Program-made: the position numbers and the translations under genes
Shown: positions 7,261-16,349 of the stretch, in pieces
Layout: each line of letters opens with the position of its first letter
How positions within the stretch are numbered: the first letter of the stretch is position 1
Assembly (NCBI GenBank): GCA_034722435.1
Contig: JAYENX010000025.1
Coordinates: 1 to 28,830, forward strand
DNA length: 28,830 nucleotides
DNA from: Nanobdellota archaeon
GTDB lineage: Archaea > Nanobdellota > Nanobdellia > Woesearchaeales > JAHWHD01
Direction: 5' to 3'
Notes under the pieces: model-generated
What the model was told of the DNA's origin: nothing
Databases searched by the model: none
Seen by the model: only the letters and a program-made list of their open reading frames with translations

Positions 7261-7761
7261 TTAATACCTGTACAGATTTAAGAACCCTTTAAGAAGCGAG
7301 TTTAAATGCATAATATCTTCAGTAATCTCTTCCTCCCATGATTGTACATATCGCCTTATAACATATTTATCTATTAACGTTCGCAGGAATACAAATGTAG
7401 GTGTACCTTCCCATTTATTTTCTTTATCGGTCTCAACATATCCATCAAAAACAATGTGTACATTACCTTGGTTAAGTTTTACTTTCACACCATCTTTCTC
7501 AACTTCTACTTCTTTAACATTAGTCATCAAGATTGTAATCTTCATCCAAATTTTAGTATAATCAGTTATGGTTTTCCAAGGGTTAAGCTCTAACTCAATA
7601 TGTTTCCCGGAAGGAGTTACTTGTTCAATATTTCTTTTTTCAAACTTATTATAACCTTTCTCTTTGATATATCCGTCAATTGTCCTGTAAAGTTCATTAC
7701 ACGAGAATAGGCCATTATATTCTAAAGTCAAATGATCGATTACAAGTTTTTTCTCGCTCAT
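7261..7761 (-). CDS. Hypothetical protein, paralog of 7761..8288
   Basis: 166-aa ORF; start overlaps the upstream stop (TAATG); shares spaced motifs with the upstream ORF. Confidence 0.85.
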   Translation of the reverse strand: MSEKKLVIDHLTLEYNGLFSCNELYRTIDGYIKEKGYNKFEKRNIEQVTPSGKHIELELNPWKTITDYTKIWMKITILMTNVKEVEVEKDGVKVKLNQGNVHIVFDGYVETDKENKWEGTPTFVFLRTLIDKYVIRRYVQSWEEEITEDIMHLNSLLKGFLNLYRY

Positions 7762-8288
7762 TAAAACGCACTCCCCTTTGTCGACATGTTAAGGAAATCT
7801 TTCACCATCGTGAATAGGTCATACAACCTGTAATAGAAAGGATTTAGAATTGTAAGCTCAAACTTTTTCATGATAATATACTTAAAATAAAAATTGAACA
7901 ACATTTCTCTAAACTGAGACCGCTTCCATCTTTCTTCATAGTCTACTTCAATAGTTCCTTTAATCTTAATTTCCATTCTTGCTTTAGTAAGCATTTTTTT
8001 CTCTCCATTCAAAATAACTTCGGCAGGACTTACTTCCCAAAGATGAAAGGCTACTTCAATTACATACTTATAGAATTGATCTATCTTTTTATAGGCGTAC
8101 CATTCAATTTCGACTTCTCTTCCGCCTTCCATAGGTTTATCTTTATAGACTGGCTCAGCAAACCCATAATTTTTGTCGCTTAACCAATTAACCATTAATT
8201 TGTATAACCCATCAAAATCGAAAATACCGCTAAATCTTAGTAAAGGAATTAACTTTTTTTTTTCAAGTGAGACTGATAATGTTGCCAT
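7761..8288 (-). CDS. Hypothetical protein, paralog of 7261..7761
   Basis: 175-aa ORF; shared pattern GxFxxxxLY...KxY...E...GxxxExExxxxKxIxxxxK...GxxExDxExxW. Confidence 0.85.
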   Translation of the reverse strand: MATLSVSLEKKKLIPLLRFSGIFDFDGLYKLMVNWLSDKNYGFAEPVYKDKPMEGGREVEIEWYAYKKIDQFYKYVIEVAFHLWEVSPAEVILNGEKKMLTKARMEIKIKGTIEVDYEERWKRSQFREMLFNFYFKYIIMKKFELTILNPFYYRLYDLFTMVKDFLNMSTKGSAF

Positions 8289-8348
8289 ATGTATAAATTC
8301 TATGGATTATTATTTATAAACTTATCTAAATAAGAACCTTAAAACTAG

Positions 8349-8798
8349 TTATATCTGTTTCCCGAACTTACGTTCTTCTTCTCTAAGCTCAATCTTGTCA
8401 GCCAAGATTTCAAACAATTCAGGTTGTATCTTAAGAATATCTTTTCCAGTAATAAATCCTATAAACCTCTCACCATCTGTAACAGGGAGATGTCTAATAT
8501 TTTCTTCACCCATTAACTCTAGTGCTTCGAATATATCCTTTTCTGGAGAAATAGTAAAAATTGTATCTTTCATGATTTGTTTAACTGTTGTTATATCTGC
8601 AGGCAAGTTTTTTGCCATTGCTTTCCTAACAAAATCCTGTTCAGTAACTATCCCTATAAACTTTTCATTTTCTTTAATAACTAAACTTCCAACGTGCTTG
8701 TTAGCCATGACTTTTGCACATTCAGCTAACGAAGTTTCAGGAGAAACACTTACAGGAATCTCAGTCATTGCCTCTGCTACTTGTATTCCAGTTTTCAT
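8349..8798 (-). CDS. CBS-pair (Bateman module) protein
   Basis: VAEAMT..P, HVGSLVI, FIGIVTEQD, IRHLPV and FIGFITGKD motifs. Confidence 0.92.
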   Translation of the reverse strand: MKTGIQVAEAMTEIPVSVSPETSLAECAKVMANKHVGSLVIKENEKFIGIVTEQDFVRKAMAKNLPADITTVKQIMKDTIFTISPEKDIFEALELMGEENIRHLPVTDGERFIGFITGKDILKIQPELFEILADKIELREEERKFGKQI

Positions 8799-8911
8799 AA
8801 TAATTTATAAGACTAGCTAGTATTTAACTTTTTTGATTTTAGGGGCTTGATAGAAATTCTCATAAGTTTTTAGATAAAATATTTAACCTATCTACAATAC
8901 TTTAAACATAT

Positions 8912-9142
8912 ATGAACAAAGAACTCTTCAATCTTCAGAAACGTAAAGATTACGCTGAAATAATGCACCTTTTCAAATATTTCTATAAAGATGCGTGGGC
9001 ACCTGAATCCATTTTCGCGGGCAAGTCAAGGTCATGGGTGAAAGCTTTCAACAACCTAATTGAGAAAGGGTTTATAGAGAAACAACAAAAATATCCTGGA
9101 ACAACATATCGTTGGAAAGCTGTCTGGCCTGATAATTTTTGA
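8912..9142 (+). CDS. Small winged-helix-like hypothetical protein
   Basis: 76 aa; KAFNNLIEKGFIEK followed by a beta-wing-like TTYRW. Confidence 0.65.
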   Translation: MNKELFNLQKRKDYAEIMHLFKYFYKDAWAPESIFAGKSRSWVKAFNNLIEKGFIEKQQKYPGTTYRWKAVWPDNF

Positions 9143-9161
9143 TTCGCAAAATACATTTACT

Positions 9162-10268
9162 CTATTTCTTTTTGGTATTAGGAATTTTCCTTTTCAAAGC
9201 TTTATTCACTGCTTTAATAAACCCTTCGGCATCCTTAATCATTTTCTCAAGCTGTTGCATTGAAGGAACTTTATCTTCAATCTTCGTTTTAGTTTTGACA
9301 ACATTCTTCAACACTTTAATCCATTTCTGGTCAAGCTTTTTAAGTTTTTTAACCATTAAATCCTGTAGAATTTCAACAACTTCTTCATGTCGGGGTACGT
9401 AATATTCCATACACAAAGCCTGTCCAGCACTCATCACTGCAAAATAAATGTCTAAGACGGCCTCTTTAACTTTATTTTTAGAATTTCTTAGAATCTGTTC
9501 TCCAGCTTCCATTTGTTTATCAATAGCCTCAAATCCTGGTTTGATATAACCTTTCTTTAACATATTTTTCCAGGTCTGAAAACCTCCTCTGTCATGAAAC
9601 GGAACACACTGTTTTAAACTTGTAACATAAACTGGCGCAGCGTCTCTAAGACCTTCCCAGAAATCTGTTAATAACCAGGTTTGAATATGTAACTTATTCT
9701 TTGTACCTGTTATTGCTTCTATCTGTAATCCCATGCTGAGTATCATAGTTCTTAGCTTATCTTTCAACTCATTCCTGCTCATCTTTTTTACATCAGTATC
9801 ATCTATAACGATCCATACATCAATATCGGATGTCTCTTTTGACTTTCCTTTAACAACTGATCCGTCTAAAACATAACTTACAATATATTTCTCGAACTTT
9901 TCAAGAACCATATTTTTATGTAAATATGATAGCTTTGCAGCTCTAAGAACTCCTTTATCATATATCGAAGTTGACCTGGATATCATGTCAGCAGTCTCGC
10001 TATTTTCCAGACATCCTTTCCAGAGCTCGTCAAGACTTACTACTTTAATTTCAAACTTCTTATGACTTGCTTTAACATCATTCTCAGAAACAATAAAAAC
10101 TATTGTTTTTTCTTTAGAATAAAAAAAAGAAATACCTAAAATGTCATTCTTTTCTCTTATCTTCTTGGCAAAAGTATCTAATTGCTTTTTTACTTGCTTA
10201 AAATCTTTCTTAAGCTCTTCTGGCAACCTTTCAAAATCCGGCGTTATCTCTTCATTACTGCTTAACAT
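9162..10268 (-). CDS. Pol-beta-type nucleotidyltransferase + HEPN-like fusion (short paralog)
   Basis: GSVVKG...SDIDVWIVIDD motif; degenerate N-terminal NTase repeat; HEPN-like helices (DIYFAVMSAGQAL) lacking Rx4H. Confidence 0.85.
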   Translation of the reverse strand: MLSSNEEITPDFERLPEELKKDFKQVKKQLDTFAKKIREKNDILGISFFYSKEKTIVFIVSENDVKASHKKFEIKVVSLDELWKGCLENSETADMISRSTSIYDKGVLRAAKLSYLHKNMVLEKFEKYIVSYVLDGSVVKGKSKETSDIDVWIVIDDTDVKKMSRNELKDKLRTMILSMGLQIEAITGTKNKLHIQTWLLTDFWEGLRDAAPVYVTSLKQCVPFHDRGGFQTWKNMLKKGYIKPGFEAIDKQMEAGEQILRNSKNKVKEAVLDIYFAVMSAGQALCMEYYVPRHEEVVEILQDLMVKKLKKLDQKWIKVLKNVVKTKTKIEDKVPSMQQLEKMIKDAEGFIKAVNKALKRKIPNTKKK

Positions 10269-10272
10269 TTTT

Positions 10273-12129
10273 TTAATAGTTAACTAATATCTCTACATCT
10301 TTTCCGAATACACGTTTAAGATTATCAAACGTCTTTTCTTTGATGAAAACTTTGCTAGGTATCTCAATCTTCGCAAGAGCCTTTTCAAATTCTTCAAGAG
10401 AACTATCCTTTATTGTATCAAGGCTTCCATCTTTTCTTACTATAGCTACACTTACTCTTTTATCTTTTGCATCAAGATCGTGCACTATGAACGCTTTATC
10501 TCCTAAAAGGGTAACTTCTCCGTATGTCTCTCCATGTTTAACTCTGATCTTTGCTCTGTCAAGCTCTCTTCCTCTCTTACGCTGGATGTATTCTATCAAG
10601 AACTTGATAAATGGAGCTGAATCTTTGATAATCTTTTCAACTTCAGGCTTTGTAAGTTTTCCGCTTTCATAATCTTTCTTGGCTTTTCTAACTGATTGTA
10701 GAGTTCTTAAGAATTTCTCTGGCACTTTTCCAAAGCTAACTAGTTCTTTCTTGAAAACAGTTGCAAGTTCAGATTCGTTTACTTTATCAAAACCTTCAAG
10801 TTTAAGAACATCTCTAACAACTGCAGTCACAGTGTCATAAATTCCGATTATATTTTCTTGCCTCTTCTTTTTCTCAATTTTTTCAAAGAGCGTCTTTATT
10901 CTTTTAAGATAATCCTCAGCATTTTTCAGCAATTCATCAACTTCCTTCCCTGATATACTCTTCTTTGTACCATGCTCGAGCTCTTTCCTTATCTTGATAT
11001 TTTTTTCAAGAATCTTTACCCATTTTTCTTCAAGAAGTTTTTCTTTCTTAACAAAGATTTCTCTCATCATTACGGGCGTCTCTTTCGGTGTTGGTGGGGG
11101 AAACCCGAACAACATCAGGGCAGCTTGTGATGGGGTAAGTATTGCCCAGAACGTATCTTCCATTCCAATATCTTTAATCTTCCATCTTGCACGTTGCAAC
11201 ATCTGATCTCCTGAGTTCATGTACATATCAATAGCTTCCATGCTGGGTTTTATTTTACCCATTTTAAGAAGCTGTTTCCATGGCATGAAAACCCCTCTGT
11301 CATAGAACGGAACCCCGTCTCTTAATAACGTAAATATTACTGGATTAGCTTCCTTGATTGAATCCCAGAAATCTGTCAGGATATAAATCTGGATATTGAG
11401 CTTATTCTTGATACCTGTGATTTCTCCTGCTTCAAGACCCATTCCAATGATAATCGCTCTTAGTTTATCTTTAAGTTCAGCTCTCGTCATCTTTTTAACG
11501 TCTGTATCGTCAATAACTATCCACACATCAATATCTGACTCTTTTGTAGCTTTTCCTTGTACAAGACTTCCTGCGAGTACATAACTTACAATATAACGTT
11601 CAAATTTCTTAAGAATCATTGATTTATGCACTTCAGAAATCTTAATAGCTGCAAGCATTCCTGTGTCGTATACAGGTGCTGCCATTGCAATTAACTGCAA
11701 TAAATCATGTTTACTATCATAGCAAGCCTGCCATAGCTCAGAAAGTATGATTGTCTGAGTTACAATGTTTTTATCAATATCTTGAGCAATATTCTCAATT
11801 ATGGCTGATAATTTACTCTTTAACTCTTCTTTTGACATCTTTTTAGAGTCTGTATCATCTACAAGAACTAAAACACTTATTTTATCTTTATCGACCTTCT
11901 CTCCTTCTTTTGGTTTAGGTGGAGGAAGTAGAGCGATCCCTGATATGTATTTATCAAACTTTTCAGTCACTCTAGTTTTGAAAATTTCTAATTTAGCTTT
12001 AATTTGCTTTAACTTTTCTTGAACATCTTTCGGGAGCTTAGCCAGTTCAGGAGGCATCTCCTCTGCTTTATTTTTTGATGATTTTTTATTGTTATTATTT
12101 TTTTTCTTGATTGTTTTCTTTTTTGCCAT
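10273..12129 (-). CDS. Tandem nucleotidyltransferase + HEPN fusion protein (long paralog)
   Basis: Internal duplication (LVLVDDTDSKKMSKEELKSKL vs WIVIDDTDVKKMTRAELKDKL); intact GS...DID in the second copy; HEPN with RKELEH at 10972-10989; SD GGGGTG. Confidence 0.88.
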   Translation of the reverse strand: MAKKKTIKKKNNNNKKSSKNKAEEMPPELAKLPKDVQEKLKQIKAKLEIFKTRVTEKFDKYISGIALLPPPKPKEGEKVDKDKISVLVLVDDTDSKKMSKEELKSKLSAIIENIAQDIDKNIVTQTIILSELWQACYDSKHDLLQLIAMAAPVYDTGMLAAIKISEVHKSMILKKFERYIVSYVLAGSLVQGKATKESDIDVWIVIDDTDVKKMTRAELKDKLRAIIIGMGLEAGEITGIKNKLNIQIYILTDFWDSIKEANPVIFTLLRDGVPFYDRGVFMPWKQLLKMGKIKPSMEAIDMYMNSGDQMLQRARWKIKDIGMEDTFWAILTPSQAALMLFGFPPPTPKETPVMMREIFVKKEKLLEEKWVKILEKNIKIRKELEHGTKKSISGKEVDELLKNAEDYLKRIKTLFEKIEKKKRQENIIGIYDTVTAVVRDVLKLEGFDKVNESELATVFKKELVSFGKVPEKFLRTLQSVRKAKKDYESGKLTKPEVEKIIKDSAPFIKFLIEYIQRKRGRELDRAKIRVKHGETYGEVTLLGDKAFIVHDLDAKDKRVSVAIVRKDGSLDTIKDSSLEEFEKALAKIEIPSKVFIKEKTFDNLKRVFGKDVEILVNY

Positions 12130-12174
12130 GTATATGTCACCCCGACGTATAGATATATTTAATATATAGTTTAG

Positions 12175-12288
12175 AGTATATAAACATTGGGTGGTTCTAG
12201 TATATAAATGTGTGACATTTTGGTCATATTACTACTCTGGTTTATATACTACTTGAGAATGACAACAAAAACAAAACATTTATATACT
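12175..12288. promoter_or_regulatory. Divergent promoter region with four exact AGTATATAAA / TTTATATACT 10-mers
   Basis: Copies at 12175-84 and 12199-208 (TATA for leftward transcription), 12241-50 and 12279-88 (TATA for rightward transcription). Confidence 0.6.
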
Positions 12289-12348
12289 TCCTAATCTCTT
12301 AGTTCTATATTACGATATTAATAAAACTCTATGGAGATATGATATAAA

Positions 12349-13002
12349 ATGACTGAAAATGATGAAGTTGCACAAAGACCTGCAGAAGTAGTTAAAGGAT
12401 TAATTGAAGAAACGCAAAGAAAGCTTAGTATGGCTAACTTGGAAGATACTCAAGGTGCTGCTGCTGACTTAATTGCTAAGGTGAGAGCTGAACATTCTGA
12501 TTATAATAATGCAACTGCTGACCAGATATCTAATACTTATGGTAATGCAGTAACAGAACATTTTGCACTTAAAAATCATAAAAGACTCGGATATCTTGCT
12601 CAATCTAGTGAAGGTGGAAGCCCTCCTATGAAACCAGAAGACCAAAAAATTTTTGAAGCTTCGCTTAATGGTAAACGTCCTAAAGCGGTTTTAAAAGCTG
12701 GTATTGAAGGACTTCAAAAAGGTAAGTTTAATGAGGGTATCACTGCCGGTACTTCAGACCTTGAACAGATGACAGACATGGCGAGAGCTTACTCAAACTC
12801 TGCGGGCATTCAAAAGGGTTTAATTAGTTCGATTAATCCAGATCATTTTAAAGCTTATATGGCAGGAGAATGGGGAGTTGACGTTGCTAGTATGGACAAC
12901 GAAATGTATTTAGAAGCACTTCCTCAACTTGTGTTAACAGCTTTGGCTGGAAAGAAACCAAACTCTTATGAAGTTCTTGCAATGACAACAAGACAAGAAT
13001 AA
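12349..13002 (+). CDS. Hypothetical Ala-rich soluble protein
   Basis: 217-aa ORF with strong T/A-ending codon bias and a GGAG SD; followed by a T-rich tract. Confidence 0.85.
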   Translation: MTENDEVAQRPAEVVKGLIEETQRKLSMANLEDTQGAAADLIAKVRAEHSDYNNATADQISNTYGNAVTEHFALKNHKRLGYLAQSSEGGSPPMKPEDQKIFEASLNGKRPKAVLKAGIEGLQKGKFNEGITAGTSDLEQMTDMARAYSNSAGIQKGLISSINPDHFKAYMAGEWGVDVASMDNEMYLEALPQLVLTALAGKKPNSYEVLAMTTRQE

Positions 13003-13029
13003 TTTTTCTTTTTTTAATATTTTTTTCTT
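13003..13029 (+). terminator. Poly-T archaeal terminator
   Basis: TTTTTCTTTTTTTTAATATTTTTTTCT directly after the stop codon. Confidence 0.5.
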
Positions 13030-13068
13030 ACAAAAACTTTAAATTATATCTAAACTTTAAACAAACCG

Positions 13069-13734
13069 ATGTATTCATCAAATAACTCGATAACTCCTGC
13101 ATCATATTCTCATTTAGAATCTTCTATATACGCCGGTTTTGACTCTCAAGTGTTCATGCCTAAATATCACGGCATGCATAGACAACAAGACTTTTATCAA
13201 ACTACTGATCATAATGAAGATGATAAAAAATATGAATCTCTTAAACCTAAAAAACCTGAAGAAAACAAAGACGTTGTTGTAGTTGACGACATGGCTTTCG
13301 ATCTTTTCCTAAGATTTTCTCCTTTGCTAAAATCTTTGGAGAGTAAAGAAGTAAAACAGTTATACGCTGATTTTCTGAAAGATAAAGGTAAACATCTTTT
13401 GAAATTTTTGAAGGATAAAAAACGTAGATTTATCGACTTGGTAGGTTTTGCAAGGATGAAACTTGAGTCTAACGCTATTGCCGCAGTGGTAAGATCTGGC
13501 GACAGAGCTATCCTGGCTGTAAACATGGACTTTAACGAAAAAGTTTACGACTTCTCAAGACACAACTGCATAAGCATAAAAGAAGCTCTGGAATACGTTT
13601 TTGCTCACGAGACTGTTCATTTAGCAGATGAGATGTCTGAAAAAGCGACAGAGACTCTTGTAGGTGAATTCTATAAAGAACGTAATGAAACATTAAGCAA
13701 GGTTGCTTATAGAAGGGCTGCTGAAATTAATTAA
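13069..13734 (+). CDS. Zincin-like metalloprotease-motif protein
   Basis: FAHETVH (HExxH) followed by acidic residues (SE...TE). Confidence 0.7.
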   Translation: MYSSNNSITPASYSHLESSIYAGFDSQVFMPKYHGMHRQQDFYQTTDHNEDDKKYESLKPKKPEENKDVVVVDDMAFDLFLRFSPLLKSLESKEVKQLYADFLKDKGKHLLKFLKDKKRRFIDLVGFARMKLESNAIAAVVRSGDRAILAVNMDFNEKVYDFSRHNCISIKEALEYVFAHETVHLADEMSEKATETLVGEFYKERNETLSKVAYRRAAEIN

Positions 13735-13847
13735 TGACATCTATTAAACAAACTCCTGCTTTATATACTGTATTAACTAGGAGACCTGATATTACGACTG
13801 CACCTAAACGTGTTTTAATATTATCTTCAGTTAGACAAGTTTTTTAA
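13734..13847 (+). CDS. Small 37-aa ORF below the track cutoff (MTSIKQTPALYTVLTRRPDITTAPKRVLILSSVRQVF)
   Basis: ATG overlaps the upstream stop (TAATG); nearly all codons end in A/T. Confidence 0.4.
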   Translation: MTSIKQTPALYTVLTRRPDITTAPKRVLILSSVRQVF

Positions 13848-13870
13848 AGAACTTCAGCATTATAAACTCC

Positions 13871-14470
13871 ATGTCAGAAATAATTGGTAAAGGCGCTGAA
13901 GCGACAATCTATCTAGACTCTGACACAATCACAAAAGAACGTTCACCTAAATCTTATCGTATTCCTGAAATTGATAATAAGCTTAGAAAGTTTAGAACTA
14001 GACGAGAAGCAAAAGTTATTCAGAAATTACATGAATTAAATTTTCCTTGTCCTGGTCTTATAAATTCTGACGATAAATCTATGAAAATTGAAATGACTTT
14101 TATTAATGGTAAAAAGGTGAGAGATATTTTGCACGAAAATCCTAAACTTTTTTCAAACGAGATTGGTAAAAAATTGGCTATTCTCCATCAAAACAACATA
14201 ATACATTCAGACCTTACAACATCTAACATGCTCCTTAAAGACGAAATTTATTTCATAGATTTTGGTTTATCATTTTTCTCTGAAAAGATTGAAGACAAAG
14301 CTTGCGATTTACATCTGTTAAGGCAAGCACTTGAAAGTAAACACTATAAAATTTATGAAGAATGTTTCGCTGAAGTTCTTGAAGGTTATAAAAAATATTC
14401 AGATTCATCATTAGTTATTGACCGTCTTGAAAAAGTAGAAAAAAGGGGAAGAAATAAAAACAAAAATTAG
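13871..14470 (+). CDS. bud32: KEOPS complex kinase Bud32
   Basis: IGKGAEA, KERSPKSYR, RTRREAK, IHSDLTTSN, IDFGL and KACDLHLL motifs. Confidence 0.95.
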   Translation: MSEIIGKGAEATIYLDSDTITKERSPKSYRIPEIDNKLRKFRTRREAKVIQKLHELNFPCPGLINSDDKSMKIEMTFINGKKVRDILHENPKLFSNEIGKKLAILHQNNIIHSDLTTSNMLLKDEIYFIDFGLSFFSEKIEDKACDLHLLRQALESKHYKIYEECFAEVLEGYKKYSDSSLVIDRLEKVEKRGRNKNKN

Positions 14471-14679
14471 CTGCAGTTTGGAATACTGCGTTCTCTATGT
14501 ATCTTTGTTGAACACCCATAATTTGTGACATAGTTTCTGATATGATTCACTACATCCATGTTCAAGTTTGTGTTAACTTTCCCCAAAGTTAAATCAACAA
14601 TTGTTCCAGATTTAGGCAATCTTTCTTCTAACCTAGAATGTACATCATACATTAATTTATCCATTAACAACCGATTCAT
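14467..14679 (-). CDS. Small hypothetical protein (70 aa)
   Basis: Strong SD GGGGGTG 5 nt before the ATG; TA-rich promoter region upstream. Confidence 0.55.
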   Translation of the reverse strand: MNRLLMDKLMYDVHSRLEERLPKSGTIVDLTLGKVNTNLNMDVVNHIRNYVTNYGCSTKIHRERSIPNCS

Positions 14680-14847
14680 TTTGCACCCCCGCGCTGGAAT
14701 CTTCTTCTCTCTCTACTCATATAGTATGGTTAAACACATATATATATCTTGTGCATATATGTTATATTATACATTATGCTGTATGTATAGGTTAATTGTA
14801 ATTTAAATATGACAAATATATCTTTAATTTATTATAAATTCTAAAAT

Positions 14848-15375
14848 CTAAGAAACAGTTAATGTAAACTGACGTCTATCGTATTCTTTTGAATCATATT
14901 CAGTATGCTGAACAGTTATTGTGTAAAGGTAAGTTCCTTTGATTGCATCTTTAGGAATATTGAAAGCTATTGGTTTTCCTACATCATCATTATTCTTTAC
15001 TAGGAACCATTCTTCTGGAGATATGTGAACAACCCTATTATCATCAATGATATTTCTATTAGTATCTATAGCTCTCACCGGTTCAACTAATATTTGAAAG
15101 TTTTTATCACTACCAAGAACATTAACAATTTTTAACGTAATAACATTTTCTTTTGACCATTTACCTGCTATTAATGTCTTACTGCTTGACGATAAACATA
15201 CTTTTTGGTTACCGCAACTAATTTGTTGTATTTGTGCATCTATATCTCCTGCATCAATATCTGAAGCCTTCTGATAAATATTTACTATGAACCAAATACT
15301 CATTCCAAATACAACTAAAGCAATTACTAGTAGAACAAGAAAATTCATTGATAATTCAATAGCACCTTTTTTCAT
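14848..15375 (-). CDS. Class III signal-peptide (pilin-like) protein
   Basis: MKKG|AIELSMNFLVLLVIALVVFG, then a beta-rich Ig-like body. Confidence 0.8.
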   Translation of the reverse strand: MKKGAIELSMNFLVLLVIALVVFGMSIWFIVNIYQKASDIDAGDIDAQIQQISCGNQKVCLSSSSKTLIAGKWSKENVITLKIVNVLGSDKNFQILVEPVRAIDTNRNIIDDNRVVHISPEEWFLVKNNDDVGKPIAFNIPKDAIKGTYLYTITVQHTEYDSKEYDRRQFTLTVS

Positions 15376-15396
15376 TTTAAAAGTAAATAAAAAAAA

Positions 15397-15618
15397 TTAT
15401 TTAATAATTTCGTATTCCCATATTAACACAACTACAAACACTACCAGGATTGCTACCCCTACTATTAGAGGGAAAAGACCTTCAGCAAGACCTTTACTGT
15501 ACCATTCATACAATCCGAACAATGCAACAATGAATCCTAGCCATAGAAGCTTGTTTACAACAAGTTTCATTATTTCGAACTCTTGTGTTGATGTTAACTT
15601 TTTTTTAACTCTAGCCAT
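15397..15618 (-). CDS. Small two-TM membrane protein
   Basis: 73 aa, SD AGGTGA, two hydrophobic helices. Confidence 0.8.
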   Translation of the reverse strand: MARVKKKLTSTQEFEIMKLVVNKLLWLGFIVALFGLYEWYSKGLAEGLFPLIVGVAILVVFVVVLIWEYEIIK

Positions 15619-15630
15619 TATCTATCACCT

Positions 15631-16182
15631 TTATGAAGCAATGTTCAAGAACACCGTCTTTGTTTCGAACACTTCTCCCGAGTTTATGCTACCTGCGACT
15701 AATGTACAGATGTAAAGAGCTGCTGGAGCTTTGTTAGCGCTTAATACTGTTTTAAATTCGTACACTTGTGATGGTCCAACATTGATAGCTATAGGAGATA
15801 CCATTGTAGGTAATTCTCTTTTATCTGTTGGAGTATCACCACTCATGACAAACTCATTCAATGATGCTCCTGTCTCACTATTCTGGCAACTCACAATTGC
15901 CATTGTAACATTAGTTGCAGAATCAGACATCTTGTTATAATACTGAAATTTTAACTTATCACTTTTACCTACCTGTATATTCACTGTGTCAGGTATTGTA
16001 ATTGGATTTTCGGCTGTAGCTTCTCTTCCAAACTCAGGAACCGAGATTGCTTCCTCTAATTTCTCCCTACCACCTTTAAAGATGATCTGGGTAAATGTCA
16101 GAGCTAGCCCCATAACAACAAACGCAATTACCATTACAACAATTGCATTTACTGATAAATTTAAAGAACCTCTCTTTGTCAT
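15631..16182 (-). CDS. Class III signal-peptide (pilin-like) protein
   Basis: MTKRG|SLNLSVNAIVVMVIAFVVMGLAL; SD GAGGTGA; one Cys pair. Confidence 0.8.
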   Translation of the reverse strand: MTKRGSLNLSVNAIVVMVIAFVVMGLALTFTQIIFKGGREKLEEAISVPEFGREATAENPITIPDTVNIQVGKSDKLKFQYYNKMSDSATNVTMAIVSCQNSETGASLNEFVMSGDTPTDKRELPTMVSPIAINVGPSQVYEFKTVLSANKAPAALYICTLVAGSINSGEVFETKTVFLNIAS

Positions 16183-16349
16183 ATGCTCACCTCTTTTGAA
16201 TGTAATATATTATGACTGTATTTTATATATCTGCGTTTATAAATGTTTGCATAATTTTAATCGTTAATTACTCTTATAAACTCACTACTACTGTTACTTG
16301 CTTTGCAAATAAGGTAAAATTTATAAATAACCAATTAATTTGTGTGAAC

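Noticed and set aside
9162-12129. Calling the NTase genes CCA-adding enzymes because the tRNAs lack encoded CCA
   Set aside because: The architecture (duplicated minimal NTase plus HEPN) does not match archaeal class I CCA-adding enzymes.
14191-14230. HSD instead of HGD in the Bud32 catalytic loop as a sign of inactivation
   Set aside because: The catalytic Asp, Asn, DFG and Lys are intact; this is a minor substitution.
16212-16349. 46-aa N-terminal extension of uL16 in the ORF track
   Set aside because: It is AT-rich promoter sequence; the family N-terminus starts at MARLKK (16350).
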